Shown in pieces: positions 40,488-49,272 of a stretch of 54,602 nucleotides of DNA. The position numbers and the translations under genes were made by a program. The notes below the pieces were generated by a model. The model did not search any database. It had not been told where the DNA came from and saw nothing but the letters and a program-made list of their open reading frames with translations. The number at the start of each line of letters is the position of its first letter. The first letter of the stretch is position 1. This stretch comes from a virus: positions 1-54,602 of IMG/VR virus record IMGVR_UViG_3300011438_000003; one strand, given 5' to 3'.

Positions 40488-41188
40488 TACAGGTTCCCCA
40501 CAATGTCTTCGTCCTCGTCGTACGCGCGCTGGGCCTGGCGACGCAGAATCATCCGCGGCGGGTTCAGCGCATCGCGGGTCTGGGCGAACTTGCGGATCCG
40601 AGCCTCGAGCGCTGCGCCCTTGCCTTCAAGCCGATCGCTAAGCTCGAAGTCATTCTCGTCGCGGGCGATGTCCGCCGCCGCCATGTAGATCGGGTAGAGC
40701 TCCCACCCGTTGTAGCCGTCGAACTGGTCCGTATCGGCGACGAGCTGAACGGCCGCCGGGATAAAGTCGACGATGATCGTAAACACCGACTGAGGCACCG
40801 GCTGAAACCGGATGTTCGCGCCCTCGAGCTGAAAGTAAACCGTCCCGTTGTACTGGTTCCAGCCGTACGTCCGCTGTGGGCCGCGCGCCTGGTTCATGTC
40901 GTACGGCAAGATCTCGCGGTGGTCGTTCACTCCGACCTGCCACCACACGCCGAGCGTGCGCAGGATAGTCACGCCGAGCGCGTACGACGGAGTACCGGCG
41001 ATCGTCGTTACGGTCTGCGGCGTTGGCGACTTGGCCCACTGCTCACCACGCACTTCGACGAGGATCTCCCAGAGCGCAGCGATGTGCTCGTTGATGCTGA
41101 GATCGATCTCCGCATCCGTGGCCCTCTGGTTGTTCGCCCTGGTTCTGACAACCGAGCGCATTTCCTGTAGCTCGATCGTACGTGCCAC
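40487..41188 (-). CDS. Virion structural protein (head-tail adaptor / tail tubular A-like), 233 aa
   Basis: Position and size only. Balanced composition. Confidence 0.45.
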   Translation of the reverse strand: MARTIELQEMRSVVRTRANNQRATDAEIDLSINEHIAALWEILVEVRGEQWAKSPTPQTVTTIAGTPSYALGVTILRTLGVWWQVGVNDHREILPYDMNQARGPQRTYGWNQYNGTVYFQLEGANIRFQPVPQSVFTIIVDFIPAAVQLVADTDQFDGYNGWELYPIYMAAADIARDENDFELSDRLEGKGAALEARIRKFAQTRDALNPPRMILRRQAQRAYDEDEDIVGNL

Positions 41189-41191
41189 GGC

Positions 41192-41503
41192 TTACACTCC
41201 CTCGTCGCTACCCTTGTCTCCGCTGTCCGAGCTGCTATCCGACTCGTGATCCGACGCCTCGTATTCGCGATGGCAGATCTCGATCGCGTCTTTCAAAGCA
41301 GCAGCGAACTCTTCCTTGTCGCCCCTCTTCGCTGCGTCGTAGACGTCGTTCGCCGCCGAGAGAAACGCCTCGCTCGGCATGCCTTCGTCTGCGCCGCTAG
41401 CTTCCGAGTCACGGCTCTCCGAGTCGTCGCCGAACGGTGAGCCGTGCCCCATCATCTCGGGCTTCTTGCCGAGCTTGCCGAGCGTTACGGAGATGATGCC
41501 CAC
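41192..41503 (-). CDS. Acidic Ser/Asp/Glu-rich protein, 103 aa (GTG start)
   Basis: GTG 41503 preceded by an AGGCGAGGA SD. In frame with ORF 41192..41644, whose upstream part overlaps 41517..41921. Confidence 0.5.
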   Translation of the reverse strand: MGIISVTLGKLGKKPEMMGHGSPFGDDSESRDSEASGADEGMPSEAFLSAANDVYDAAKRGDKEEFAAALKDAIEICHREYEASDHESDSSSDSGDKGSDEGV

Positions 41504-41516
41504 GTATTCCTCGCCT

Positions 41517-41921
41517 TCACTTGAGTACGGACTTACGCGCGACCAGAAAGAAGCTGATCCGGTTGTCCGCGTTGGCGGCGATGTCCGTTTCGGTTGCGAC
41601 GGCCAAAGACCGCATGATGAACGACACCGCAGTCGCGGTGCCAACGTTCGAGAATGCTCCGAATTGAACCTTGAGGTCGGTGCTCGCAGTCACGAACCGC
41701 AGGCCGGGGATCTCTGCCTCGATGACCTTGATCTTGTCCTTGAGCGTGACCGTCCAGTTGCCTGCGCTGTTGCGCAGAACTGTCGCGATGTGCCCGCCGA
41801 GGAACGCAGATGTGTCCGGTTGGCTCGAGCCGTTCGGGGCAAAGGATCCCTTGATGAAAACGATCTCTTTGCCCCGTACCCACGGGTGGTCGAGGTTCTG
41901 ACTGTAGGTGGCGGCCGGCAT
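41517..41921 (-). CDS. Small beta-rich head-associated protein (decoration/cement candidate), 134 aa
   Basis: Position just downstream of the capsid gene. Confidence 0.5.
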   Translation of the reverse strand: MPAATYSQNLDHPWVRGKEIVFIKGSFAPNGSSQPDTSAFLGGHIATVLRNSAGNWTVTLKDKIKVIEAEIPGLRFVTASTDLKVQFGAFSNVGTATAVSFIMRSLAVATETDIAANADNRISFFLVARKSVLK

Positions 41922-41924
41922 GGC

Positions 41925-42422
41925 TTATCGCCTCCGCAGAACGATCTGGAACCCGATGGCAGGAACCACGACACCAGACGCCTGCTTCGTGATCTGGATG
42001 CCGAGCACCTGACCGGCGGTGAGCAAGGCTACGCCCGCCGTGACGACCGAGGTGAGCAACCACGGCACCTTCGCGACGATGTCGTTCGCCGTGATGGTCT
42101 GGCGAGACGCTACGATCGTGTCCGCGCCGCCCGCCCCATCCGCCTTGTTGAGAACCAAGGTTGCGGTGTTGGAAGCGTGAGCCACGACGCCGGTAGGACC
42201 GATGGCGTAGCAGCTGAGAACCTCCATGTTCCAAGGTGCGCGGAAGAAGTATTGTGTCGCGGTGACGTCGGCTGCCATCGCATCCGCTGCCGTCTTCGCC
42301 CACGCCTCGACTTCCTCGAAGAGGTTGTTGACCTCTCCTCGAACGTCGCGCGCAGGCGATTGCGTCTGGGTGTACCGGCCGAAAAGGCCGGTAACGTTGG
42401 TGATGAGATCTCCGAGTGCCAT
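41925..42422 (-). CDS. Head-associated hypothetical protein, 165 aa
   Basis: Position immediately downstream of the capsid gene. Confidence 0.5.
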   Translation of the reverse strand: MALGDLITNVTGLFGRYTQTQSPARDVRGEVNNLFEEVEAWAKTAADAMAADVTATQYFFRAPWNMEVLSCYAIGPTGVVAHASNTATLVLNKADGAGGADTIVASRQTITANDIVAKVPWLLTSVVTAGVALLTAGQVLGIQITKQASGVVVPAIGFQIVLRRR

Positions 42423-42437
42423 GGTCTCTCGCGCTCC

Positions 42438-43658
42438 TTAGGTCGGCAACGTGATCCGGCCGCATTCGCCCGGATTCGTAATGATGAGGTTTCCGCGCCA
42501 CCCGATTCGCATCTGGTAGCCGTCCGAAGCGGGTTCGACGATGAGCTCAGATCCGCCGCTTCGCTGCAGGAACCGAGGCACTTGACCGAGCGATCGGAAC
42601 ACGAGGCCCTTTTTCGTGAGGCACCACATCGTGTCGTTCTGCGTGTTGTGGTCCGCCATGATCGTGATCGGCTTGCCACCGGCGTGGACCCTGATGACGT
42701 CGTAACCAAACTCCGCCGTCGCAGTCTCGTCGCGCGTCGCCTTGCTTCCAAGCGCGAGCCCGATCTCCACGAACCGGTCGTAGTTGACCCAGCACGAATC
42801 GATCGTTCCAGTGCCAGCCTCACGGCGGAACTGAGCCAGACCCTTGACGACGGACTCCTCGATAGCCAGCGATGAACCGTCGTACCGCATCCCGCCGAGG
42901 CGAGTGGGGTCGACCGAGCGATCGAAGGCCGAGAGAGAGAAGCTGTCACCCGCCGTCGGGTCCGCAGCCGGGATGTATGCTTCGAGCCCGTACACGCCGC
43001 GCCCGAAGTTTCCATACGGGAACAGGTAGTCGCTCGCGGCAAACCCGGTGATGTTGCCCCAGGTGGTCGACGTGATGACGCCCGTTCGGCGGTTGACCTT
43101 GTCGACGACTGCCGGAGATCCGCCGTTGAGCGAACCGCTGGTGCCGTCGGTCGTGGCCGACTGAACGCGCATGTTCTTCTTCCAGAACACGACGTCGTCG
43201 ATGTTCAAGAGCGTCATGTCGTTGCCCGACAGAGCCCCCGAGCGCCGCCCGATCGCTCCACCGCTGTTGCGGAAGAGCGCGTGCGCGAGCTTTTGAGAGG
43301 TCGACTGGAACGCGGACTCCGCCTGATCTTTCTTCAGGTCGATCCACGCACCGTCGTCATCCTCTGACGCTTCCATCGACTCGGTGTCGAGCGACAGGAT
43401 CACGTAGTGACGAGCGCGAGGGACGCGGAACTGCGCGTCGGCCGACGGGCCAGCGTTCTCGAGAGCTTCGGCAAAGCCGTGCGAGCCCTCCATGAGGTCG
43501 TAGCCGATCGACCAGGTGAACGAATCACCCGGGAACTTCGGCAACTTGTTGAGCCACTTCAGAAACGGCTGGGTGTCGTAGCCGATCTTTGTTTGGCGAT
43601 CTTTCGAGAAGTACTGATGAAACGAATTGACGAGGGTGTCGATTGCCGACCTGCCCAT
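42438..43658 (-). CDS. Major capsid protein (HK97-fold type), 406 aa
   Basis: Size, balanced composition, and position directly after the scaffold-like gene and before small head proteins. GAGG SD upstream. Confidence 0.7.
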   Translation of the reverse strand: MGRSAIDTLVNSFHQYFSKDRQTKIGYDTQPFLKWLNKLPKFPGDSFTWSIGYDLMEGSHGFAEALENAGPSADAQFRVPRARHYVILSLDTESMEASEDDDGAWIDLKKDQAESAFQSTSQKLAHALFRNSGGAIGRRSGALSGNDMTLLNIDDVVFWKKNMRVQSATTDGTSGSLNGGSPAVVDKVNRRTGVITSTTWGNITGFAASDYLFPYGNFGRGVYGLEAYIPAADPTAGDSFSLSAFDRSVDPTRLGGMRYDGSSLAIEESVVKGLAQFRREAGTGTIDSCWVNYDRFVEIGLALGSKATRDETATAEFGYDVIRVHAGGKPITIMADHNTQNDTMWCLTKKGLVFRSLGQVPRFLQRSGGSELIVEPASDGYQMRIGWRGNLIITNPGECGRITLPT

Positions 43659-43730
43659 GGGAGCCTCGAAGCCGGGGGACGCATCACGTCACCGCTGGCT
43701 ATCGACGCCGCCTTTCGTTCTTCGCCGTCT

Positions 43731-45080
43731 TCAGCTCGTCGCGCGTTGTTTCGCGATTCGCTTTGACTCCTCCCAGTCCTCAGCATCACTGAGCGGGCGG
43801 TTAAGCTCGGAACGTTGTGCGGCCAGACTACGGGTAACCGTCTTGGGTCCTCGCTGCGCCGAACCATTCGACTGCTGCGTTCCCGGGTTTGCTCCTTGCG
43901 GAGCGCCGTTGCCCTGGCCGACTACGGAACCGTTTGGGTTGGTTCCGGAACCCTCAGAACTTGCCGCGCGATGTAGCCGCTCGTAGTCCTGCTTGAGATG
44001 ATGTTCCCAGCTGTCTAGATACTTGTCAAGAGGTACTTCTTCGCCGGTGCCGGGAATCACTCTGCCCTGTGCGTCACGGCGGCTCGTCTGAATGTAGTGT
44101 CGGAGCATGTCGTCATAGGCGAGCTGTCCCACATCTTGGGGCGAATGCTTCGCCTGAATGAATCGGTACTTGCCAGCCTTGAACGCCACGTCTGCGTCGG
44201 TGGCGATTGCGCTGTACGCGTCACGCGTGACGCGCGCTTCGTGCTCGCGCTGGCGGGCGTCGTCGGCCTCTTGCTTCAGCCGCGTCGCCTCTTCGTCTTT
44301 GCGCTTCGACTCCTCGTCACGCTTGCGCAGCTCGGCCTCAAACTTCGTCTCGGTCGCCTTGAGCTGATCTTCGAGCGTGAGCTCCCCGCCGTGGATCGTG
44401 CGCCGGGTGACGGTGCCAAACGACTCCTTCGGGTCCCAGCCTTTCCACTTCGCGAGCGACTGCCACACTTCGTATGGGTCGTCACTGTCGAGTTTCAAAG
44501 ATGCGACGCGCTGCTCCGCCGCTCGTAGCTTGTCGTTCGCCGCGTGCTCACGCTTCTCGAGCTCGCCGACGACGTACGCTTCTCGATGAACGAGCTTGGC
44601 CTCGCGCTCAGTGAGACGGGTCGCGCGACTCGCGAGGCGCTTCTCGGTGTCGTCTTTGCGGGCGAGAAACTCTTTCCACTCCTTCCGCGTCGGCGCGGCC
44701 GTGCGCTCTGCCTCTGCGGCGGCGGCCTTCTCGGCCTCGGTCTTCTCGTCCGCTGGCTTCTCAGTTTCGCCCGCTGCGCCCGCTTCCGAAGGCTCCTCGC
44801 CATCGGTGTCGTCGTCCGCATCTCCGTGCGCCACAGCGCCGGCCGGCACCTCCGACTCGTCGCCGCCATCACCATCGTCGTCGGGCACCACGTGCGCGTC
44901 GAGCTTCGCCGGCTTTGCCTTCTTGCCTGCTTCCTTCGCCGCTTGCCAGGCGTTCTGCGCGTCCTTCTCGGCGGCTTCGGCTTGCTTCGCCGCAGACTCA
45001 ACCGCGCGCTCGGCGATGTCCTTCGCGGGCGGCGGCGCTGCTACTGGCTTCTCGGTGGCTACGGGAGCGGCGGTGGCCAT
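43731..45080 (-). CDS. Scaffolding protein, 449 aa
   Basis: Extremely charged, helical, A/E/K-rich sequence between the portal and capsid genes. Confidence 0.65.
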   Translation of the reverse strand: MATAAPVATEKPVAAPPPAKDIAERAVESAAKQAEAAEKDAQNAWQAAKEAGKKAKPAKLDAHVVPDDDGDGGDESEVPAGAVAHGDADDDTDGEEPSEAGAAGETEKPADEKTEAEKAAAAEAERTAAPTRKEWKEFLARKDDTEKRLASRATRLTEREAKLVHREAYVVGELEKREHAANDKLRAAEQRVASLKLDSDDPYEVWQSLAKWKGWDPKESFGTVTRRTIHGGELTLEDQLKATETKFEAELRKRDEESKRKDEEATRLKQEADDARQREHEARVTRDAYSAIATDADVAFKAGKYRFIQAKHSPQDVGQLAYDDMLRHYIQTSRRDAQGRVIPGTGEEVPLDKYLDSWEHHLKQDYERLHRAASSEGSGTNPNGSVVGQGNGAPQGANPGTQQSNGSAQRGPKTVTRSLAAQRSELNRPLSDAEDWEESKRIAKQRATS

Positions 45081-45093
45081 GGTCAGTGGCCTT

Positions 45094-46998
45094 TCAATTC
45101 GGCGCGCCGTTCATCGGCGGCGGCATCTGTGGCGGTGCGCCCATCGGCGGCATCTCGCCTCCGGGCATCGGCGGTAGTTCGGGCGGTGCGCCGGCTGGCC
45201 CAGCGCCGAGCGCGGGCGGCGGCGGTTCGATCGTCTCGCCCTCCAGCATCTTGCTGCACCACGCGACGAACACGGTCAGCTTCTCGAGGTTCGCCTTCGG
45301 GTACCAGCCGCGCACGCGAGCGAGTAGGTAAGCGTTCGTCGCCATGTGCATCGCGAGCTCTAGATCCATCAGCGGCTCAGGCTTCTGGTCTTTGCCGTCT
45401 TCGAGCATGGCATCGATCATCATCTTGATGATGTCGTGCGAGGCGTTGTCGAGATCTGCAAACTCCTCGATGTCGGGGAAGTCAGCGAGCCGCTTGAAAT
45501 CGGCCGTCGTGATTAGGCCGGAGTTTTTCCAGTCTTCGAGCGTCGCGATCCTGCCCGCTGGCGTGGTTGGCAGCGCGCTCGTCGGGAAGACGCGGATGCG
45601 GTACTGGTTCGGCTGGAGCCCTTTGAACTTGTTGAAGTCGACCAGCTCGATCGCCTTCTTGCCGTGGTAGACGACGGCGTATTTGCCGGTGCGCATGAAC
45701 ACGTCGCGCATCAGCACCGTCTTGTACTCGGCCGCGTCGCGGTGGAACGTCTCGTAGCGCTTCGCAAAGTCGATAAACCTGCGTGACTTCGATTGCTCGT
45801 AGGCTTTGATCGATTTCCCCGACGTGAGCTGAGCGGGGACCATCGACTGCGCGGCTAGCTGATTCGTCCCGTTCTGCTGGTACATCTGGTCGATGCGCCA
45901 TTGCATATGTTGGAAGAACTCGGGATGGACGGTGCCTGGCGTCGCCCACTCTGGCTTCGCACCGGAGGTGAAGTTGCCGCGTACGATCGTGCCGATGAGG
46001 TCGTCGATGCTTGAGTTGAGAACGCCCGCGTTATTGTCGATGAGGATCTTCATCCCGGCGCGGGCCATCGATTCCTTGATGAACCGATCCAGGCGGTTCA
46101 CCATCGCCTGCTCGCCGCGAAGGTCGTCAATGAGCGACGTCGACCAAAAGCCGACCTGTGGAATCTCCCACTTCAGGAAGAAGTATGGCGACTGCTTGCG
46201 CTTCCACGGCGCGTCGTAAAGCCTCGCTTTCGACGTGCAGATGAAGTGCCGCCCGTCCTCTGTCGCGGGCCGGTAGTCGTCTTTGTTGTCCGGATCGCCC
46301 CACTCGCAGATGCTCGGCAGGCGGATCCCCTCGACGACCGTGACCAGATCGCTATCGCGGTCGAAGCTGAAGAATGGATCGGTGTCGGCGCTGGCCGACT
46401 TGTCGATCTCTTCTTTCAGGTCGTCGTACTCCGCCATCAGCACGCCCTTGTCGACCTGCGTGACGTGGTAGAACGTCATCGGGCGGCCGTAGTAGGCCTC
46501 TTGCATTGGCACGACGACTTCCCAGTTCATCAGCCGCTCGCACTCGACACGGTCGGTGATGTGGTTGTCGAAGATCTTCTCGATGCCGTCGCCAACGCAG
46601 AGCGCGTCTTTGCAGAGCAGCGGGGAGATCTCCTCCTGCCCGTCCTCGACCGTCTGGCCTTCGATGAGCTTGTCGAGCCCCTTCGCCGCCTTCTGAATGT
46701 CGTGCGTGCCGCCTTCGGAAACGACCATCATGCGCGGGCGGTTCTGCGTGATCTCCGCGTGCGTCGAATTGATGATGTTCTTTACAACGTTGACGCTGCT
46801 GCGCTCGCCACGGCCGCGCTGGGCGTAGTCTCGCAGGCTCAGGCCCAACATCGGCTCGGCGCCGTAGTAGCAAAGGTTGGTCAGCGCTCGCTTCTCGCGC
46901 TCGAGCTGGTCATCGCGTAGCTTGTGCGCGATGCCGTAGACCTCTTTGAACGGGTCCGGGTAGGCCTTGCGGTCCCACCACTGGGGATTGGAGCTCAT
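45094..46998 (-). CDS. Portal protein, 634 aa
   Basis: Size and position. Pro/Gly/Met-rich C-terminal tail 'PPELPPMPGGEMPPMGAPPQMPPPMNGAPN'. ATG 46998 in an ATGA overlap. Confidence 0.75.
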   Translation of the reverse strand: MSSNPQWWDRKAYPDPFKEVYGIAHKLRDDQLEREKRALTNLCYYGAEPMLGLSLRDYAQRGRGERSSVNVVKNIINSTHAEITQNRPRMMVVSEGGTHDIQKAAKGLDKLIEGQTVEDGQEEISPLLCKDALCVGDGIEKIFDNHITDRVECERLMNWEVVVPMQEAYYGRPMTFYHVTQVDKGVLMAEYDDLKEEIDKSASADTDPFFSFDRDSDLVTVVEGIRLPSICEWGDPDNKDDYRPATEDGRHFICTSKARLYDAPWKRKQSPYFFLKWEIPQVGFWSTSLIDDLRGEQAMVNRLDRFIKESMARAGMKILIDNNAGVLNSSIDDLIGTIVRGNFTSGAKPEWATPGTVHPEFFQHMQWRIDQMYQQNGTNQLAAQSMVPAQLTSGKSIKAYEQSKSRRFIDFAKRYETFHRDAAEYKTVLMRDVFMRTGKYAVVYHGKKAIELVDFNKFKGLQPNQYRIRVFPTSALPTTPAGRIATLEDWKNSGLITTADFKRLADFPDIEEFADLDNASHDIIKMMIDAMLEDGKDQKPEPLMDLELAMHMATNAYLLARVRGWYPKANLEKLTVFVAWCSKMLEGETIEPPPPALGAGPAGAPPELPPMPGGEMPPMGAPPQMPPPMNGAPN

Positions 46999-47387
46999 GA
47001 CGTCGGCACCACGACGAGTCGCCCGATGTTGCGGTTGATCGAAACGATCTTCCAATCGCGGCCAGGCCGTACGTGCTCCCAGGTGAGAGGCTCAGCGAGA
47101 CACGCGGAAAGCTTCACGTGGTCAGCAATCGTCATCTCGACGGGCACGCGAACGGCTCTACCGTTCGTGAAGCATGCACGTTCGTAGGTGCTGAGCTGCT
47201 CACTCATCGCGGCAGCTCCGTCACGGTGAACGCGCCGCCGCTTATGTCGATGGTAGGAGGCAGAGCGCGCAGATCGTTGCGCGTCGCCGGCTTCGGTCTC
47301 ACCTTCGAACGGCTTCGGCGTCAGCCCATCCGCGGACGCAAGCGCGCCGATCATCATCTCGACGAAGAGCGACGTGGCGCGCCTCAC
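46995..47387 (-). CDS. Hypothetical protein, up to 130 aa (GTG 47387 by overlap logic; ATG 47207 would give 70 aa)
   Basis: The C-terminal 70 aa look genuine ('MSEQLSTYERACFTNGRAVRVPVEMTIADHVKL...'). The longer form is supported only by the GTGA overlap at 47384-47387. Confidence 0.45.
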   Translation of the reverse strand: MRRATSLFVEMMIGALASADGLTPKPFEGETEAGDAQRSARSASYHRHKRRRVHRDGAAAMSEQLSTYERACFTNGRAVRVPVEMTIADHVKLSACLAEPLTWEHVRPGRDWKIVSINRNIGRLVVVPTS

Positions 47388-47539
47388 GGTAGGGCAATCC
47401 TTCCGTTGAGACCGAGTCGGACTTGCCGATCGTGCCACATCTGAGCCAGCTTGATGTTGCGCTCGTCGTAGCTCGACAATGGGGGAGCTTGCGGTATCGG
47501 CTCGACGTGAACCGGCTTGCCCTCCGCGTCGAGGATCAC
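47384..47539 (-). CDS. Possible micro-ORF, 51 aa (GTG start)
   Basis: Hand-translated 'VILDAEGKPVHVEPIPQAPPLSSYDERNIKLAQMWHDRQVRLGLNGRIALP'. GTGA overlaps at both ends. Confidence 0.35.
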   Translation of the reverse strand: MILDAEGKPVHVEPIPQAPPLSSYDERNIKLAQMWHDRQVRLGLNGRIALP

Positions 47540-47706
47540 GACCGGTCCTCGACGAACTGCGCGCCGTCTCCCTGCGCGTTGATGCCGTCGTCGGACAGCT
47601 CACACGCTGGGCACAGCGGCGAGCGCCAGTAGTGCGTGAACCCGCAGCGCTCACAGCGGCGCGAACGGATGCCAGCAAAACGCAGTTCGGTGGGCTCGAC
47701 GTTCAA
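47536..47706 (-). CDS. Small Zn-ribbon protein, 56 aa (TTG start)
   Basis: 'CERCGFTHYWRSPLCPAC'. TTGA overlap with the upstream stop. Confidence 0.45.
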   Translation of the reverse strand: MNVEPTELRFAGIRSRRCERCGFTHYWRSPLCPACELSDDGINAQGDGAQFVEDRS

Positions 47707-47996
47707 TCGTCCGCTCCCCCGTCGCCTTCGACGTGCTCGCGGCTGTTCCACTTCGGATCGGCAACCCACGGCGGTGGCCCCCCGACGTGCGCCCACTCGT
47801 TGTCGAGCGATCGATTCCGAACCGCTTCGCGCAGGTCCGACTCGCTCACCGGCTTGCCCGCCGCGCGCTCCACAGCGGGCGGCCCGAACTCGAGCTCTAA
47901 CCCGTCGGACGCGCGATACCGCCGCACGCCACGGGCACGGAGCGCGTCGACGAGCGTGAGCAGGGCGTCGGTGTCGGGCTGTGCCACTTCGGACAA
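47703..47996 (-). CDS. Hypothetical protein, 97 aa (TTG start, or GTG 47987). First gene of the portal/structural block
   Basis: ORF with balanced composition, directly downstream of the divergent control region. Confidence 0.55.
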   Translation of the reverse strand: MSEVAQPDTDALLTLVDALRARGVRRYRASDGLELEFGPPAVERAAGKPVSESDLREAVRNRSLDNEWAHVGGPPPWVADPKWNSREHVEGDGGADD

Positions 47997-48001
47997 GGTT
48001 C

Positions 48002-48030
48002 CACATATGTGCCAGGTTGTGCCATATGTG
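48002..48030. promoter_or_regulatory. Inverted repeat CACATATG-N13-CATATGTG in the divergent gap 47997-48067
   Basis: Read directly. The 10-mer GTTGTGCCAT is directly repeated at 48016-48025 and 48060-48069. Confidence 0.6.
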
Positions 48031-48040
48031 ACTTGACTTG

Positions 48041-48057
48041 TGGCGCACTTTGCGCCA
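48041..48057. promoter_or_regulatory. Palindrome/hairpin TGGCGCA-CTT-TGCGCCA
   Basis: Read directly. 7-bp arms, 11 nt upstream of ATG 48068. Confidence 0.55.
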
Positions 48058-48067
48058 ACGTTGTGCC

Positions 48068-48253
48068 ATGGTTGCTACAACGAAACCACGACTACCGAAG
48101 CGTCAAGCAATGCGACTTGCAGCCGAAACCGGGCTCGATTGGCGCACCGTCGACCGCGCTTACTCCGGCGGCCGCGTCGCCACCGCCACGCGTGAACTCC
48201 TGCTCCGCGCCTCCAAGGATCTGGAGTGTCTGCCGCCTCCCGAGGCGCCGTGA
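48068..48253 (+). CDS. Small HTH DNA-binding protein (LacI-type HTH only), 61 aa
   Basis: 'RQAMRLAAETGLDWRTVDRAYSGGRVATATRELLLRASKDL' resembles the N-terminal HTH of LacI/PurR-family regulators. No ligand-binding domain. Confidence 0.55.
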   Translation: MVATTKPRLPKRQAMRLAAETGLDWRTVDRAYSGGRVATATRELLLRASKDLECLPPPEAP

Positions 48254-48477
48254 CCATCCTCGAAGACCATCGCAAGATCAAAACGCCCAACATCATACCA
48301 GCGCGGGAACTGGTCGACACGCTTCCGGATGACGTGGCAGTGACGGCTCCGCAAGCCGACGCAGTGCTCGGTGTGGTCGAAGACGCGCAGCGCGATGCGC
48401 TCGACGCAGCGGCCAACCTCGCAGAGATCTGCGGGCATCCGCTGACGGCCGACATGATACGGTCGATGAAGCCATGA
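48250..48477 (+). CDS. Hypothetical protein, 75 aa (GTG start)
   Basis: GTGA overlap. In frame with ORF 48226..48477. Confidence 0.5.
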   Translation: MTILEDHRKIKTPNIIPARELVDTLPDDVAVTAPQADAVLGVVEDAQRDALDAAANLAEICGHPLTADMIRSMKP

Positions 48478-48797
48478 GCGCCGCCGTCGAAGACGCCATC
48501 AAGCGACTCGCCGCTCGGTTCGCGGCAGAAGGCTTGCCGATCGCACGCTACGAGCAAGAGATGTCCAACGCGATCCGCGCCGGCTACGGGTTCGGGCTGG
48601 CCGACGCGATAGGAGTCGTCGTTGGTCGACTCACTGAGCTTGATGGCTTGATCGGCAAGGGCAGCGACCGAGAGATTCGTGGGCAGGCCAAAGAACTGTC
48701 TGACCTCTGCGAGAGGATCGAGACGCTGGCTGCACTCACCCCAGTCGAGCCGGTCGACCGCGAAGAGCTGAGGCGGCGCTACCCGGTGAAGACATGA
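48474..48797 (+). CDS. Hypothetical protein, 107 aa
   Basis: ATGA overlap. Confidence 0.6.
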   Translation: MSAAVEDAIKRLAARFAAEGLPIARYEQEMSNAIRAGYGFGLADAIGVVVGRLTELDGLIGKGSDREIRGQAKELSDLCERIETLAALTPVEPVDREELRRRYPVKT

Positions 48798-49039
48798 GCC
48801 ACGCCGGACGCCTTGCCCTCGCCTACGAGCTCTATGCGCCGATCATCGCGACCACCTGCGAACACTGCGGCCATACGACCTACGAGCGCAAGGAAGGCGC
48901 GGGGGTGATCGACAAGGAAACGTACGTGCGGCTAATCAACTCGGGGGAAGCTGCGGCAGGCGAGTTCGTGTCGCTACTCCCAGCTGAGGCGGTGGTCGCC
49001 TTCGAGAAGGGCATCGGGGGAGTGCCGCCCAAAACATGA
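48794..49039 (+). CDS. Hypothetical protein, 81 aa
   Basis: ATGA overlap. 'CEHCGH'. Confidence 0.55.
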   Translation: MSHAGRLALAYELYAPIIATTCEHCGHTTYERKEGAGVIDKETYVRLINSGEAAAGEFVSLLPAEAVVAFEKGIGGVPPKT

Positions 49040-49272
49040 GCGGCCGAGTTTTTTCCATCTCGCTCGGCAAGTTCCTGGAGCCGCGTCAGGGCCCATGCGA
49101 ACTGATCAGCGAGTCGCGCTGCACTTGTGGCGCCTTGCTTGGGCGGGTCGAGCGAGATCCAGACGGGAGCCCGTCGAGCTGGGGTTACGGCTGGTGTCCG
49201 AAGTGCTTCGGGCCGCGGATGACAGTGAAGGAAGACGGCTCGGTCGAGGTCAGATTTGGACGAGCGCGTTAG
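49036..49272 (+). CDS. Hypothetical Zn-ribbon-like protein, 78 aa
   Basis: ATGA overlap. 'CTCG...CPKC'. Its stop overlaps the terL stop on the other strand. Confidence 0.55.
   Translation: MSGRVFSISLGKFLEPRQGPCELISESRCTCGALLGRVERDPDGSPSSWGYGWCPKCFGPRMTVKEDGSVEVRFGRAR

Noticed and set aside
41379-42875. 498-aa plus-strand ORF, together with 41533..42501 (322 aa) and 42110..43042 (310 aa)
   Set aside because: These are antisense or alternate frames of the capsid and head-protein genes. The composition is R/D/L/E- or R/S-rich and junk-like. Long stop-free alternate frames are expected at this GC content.
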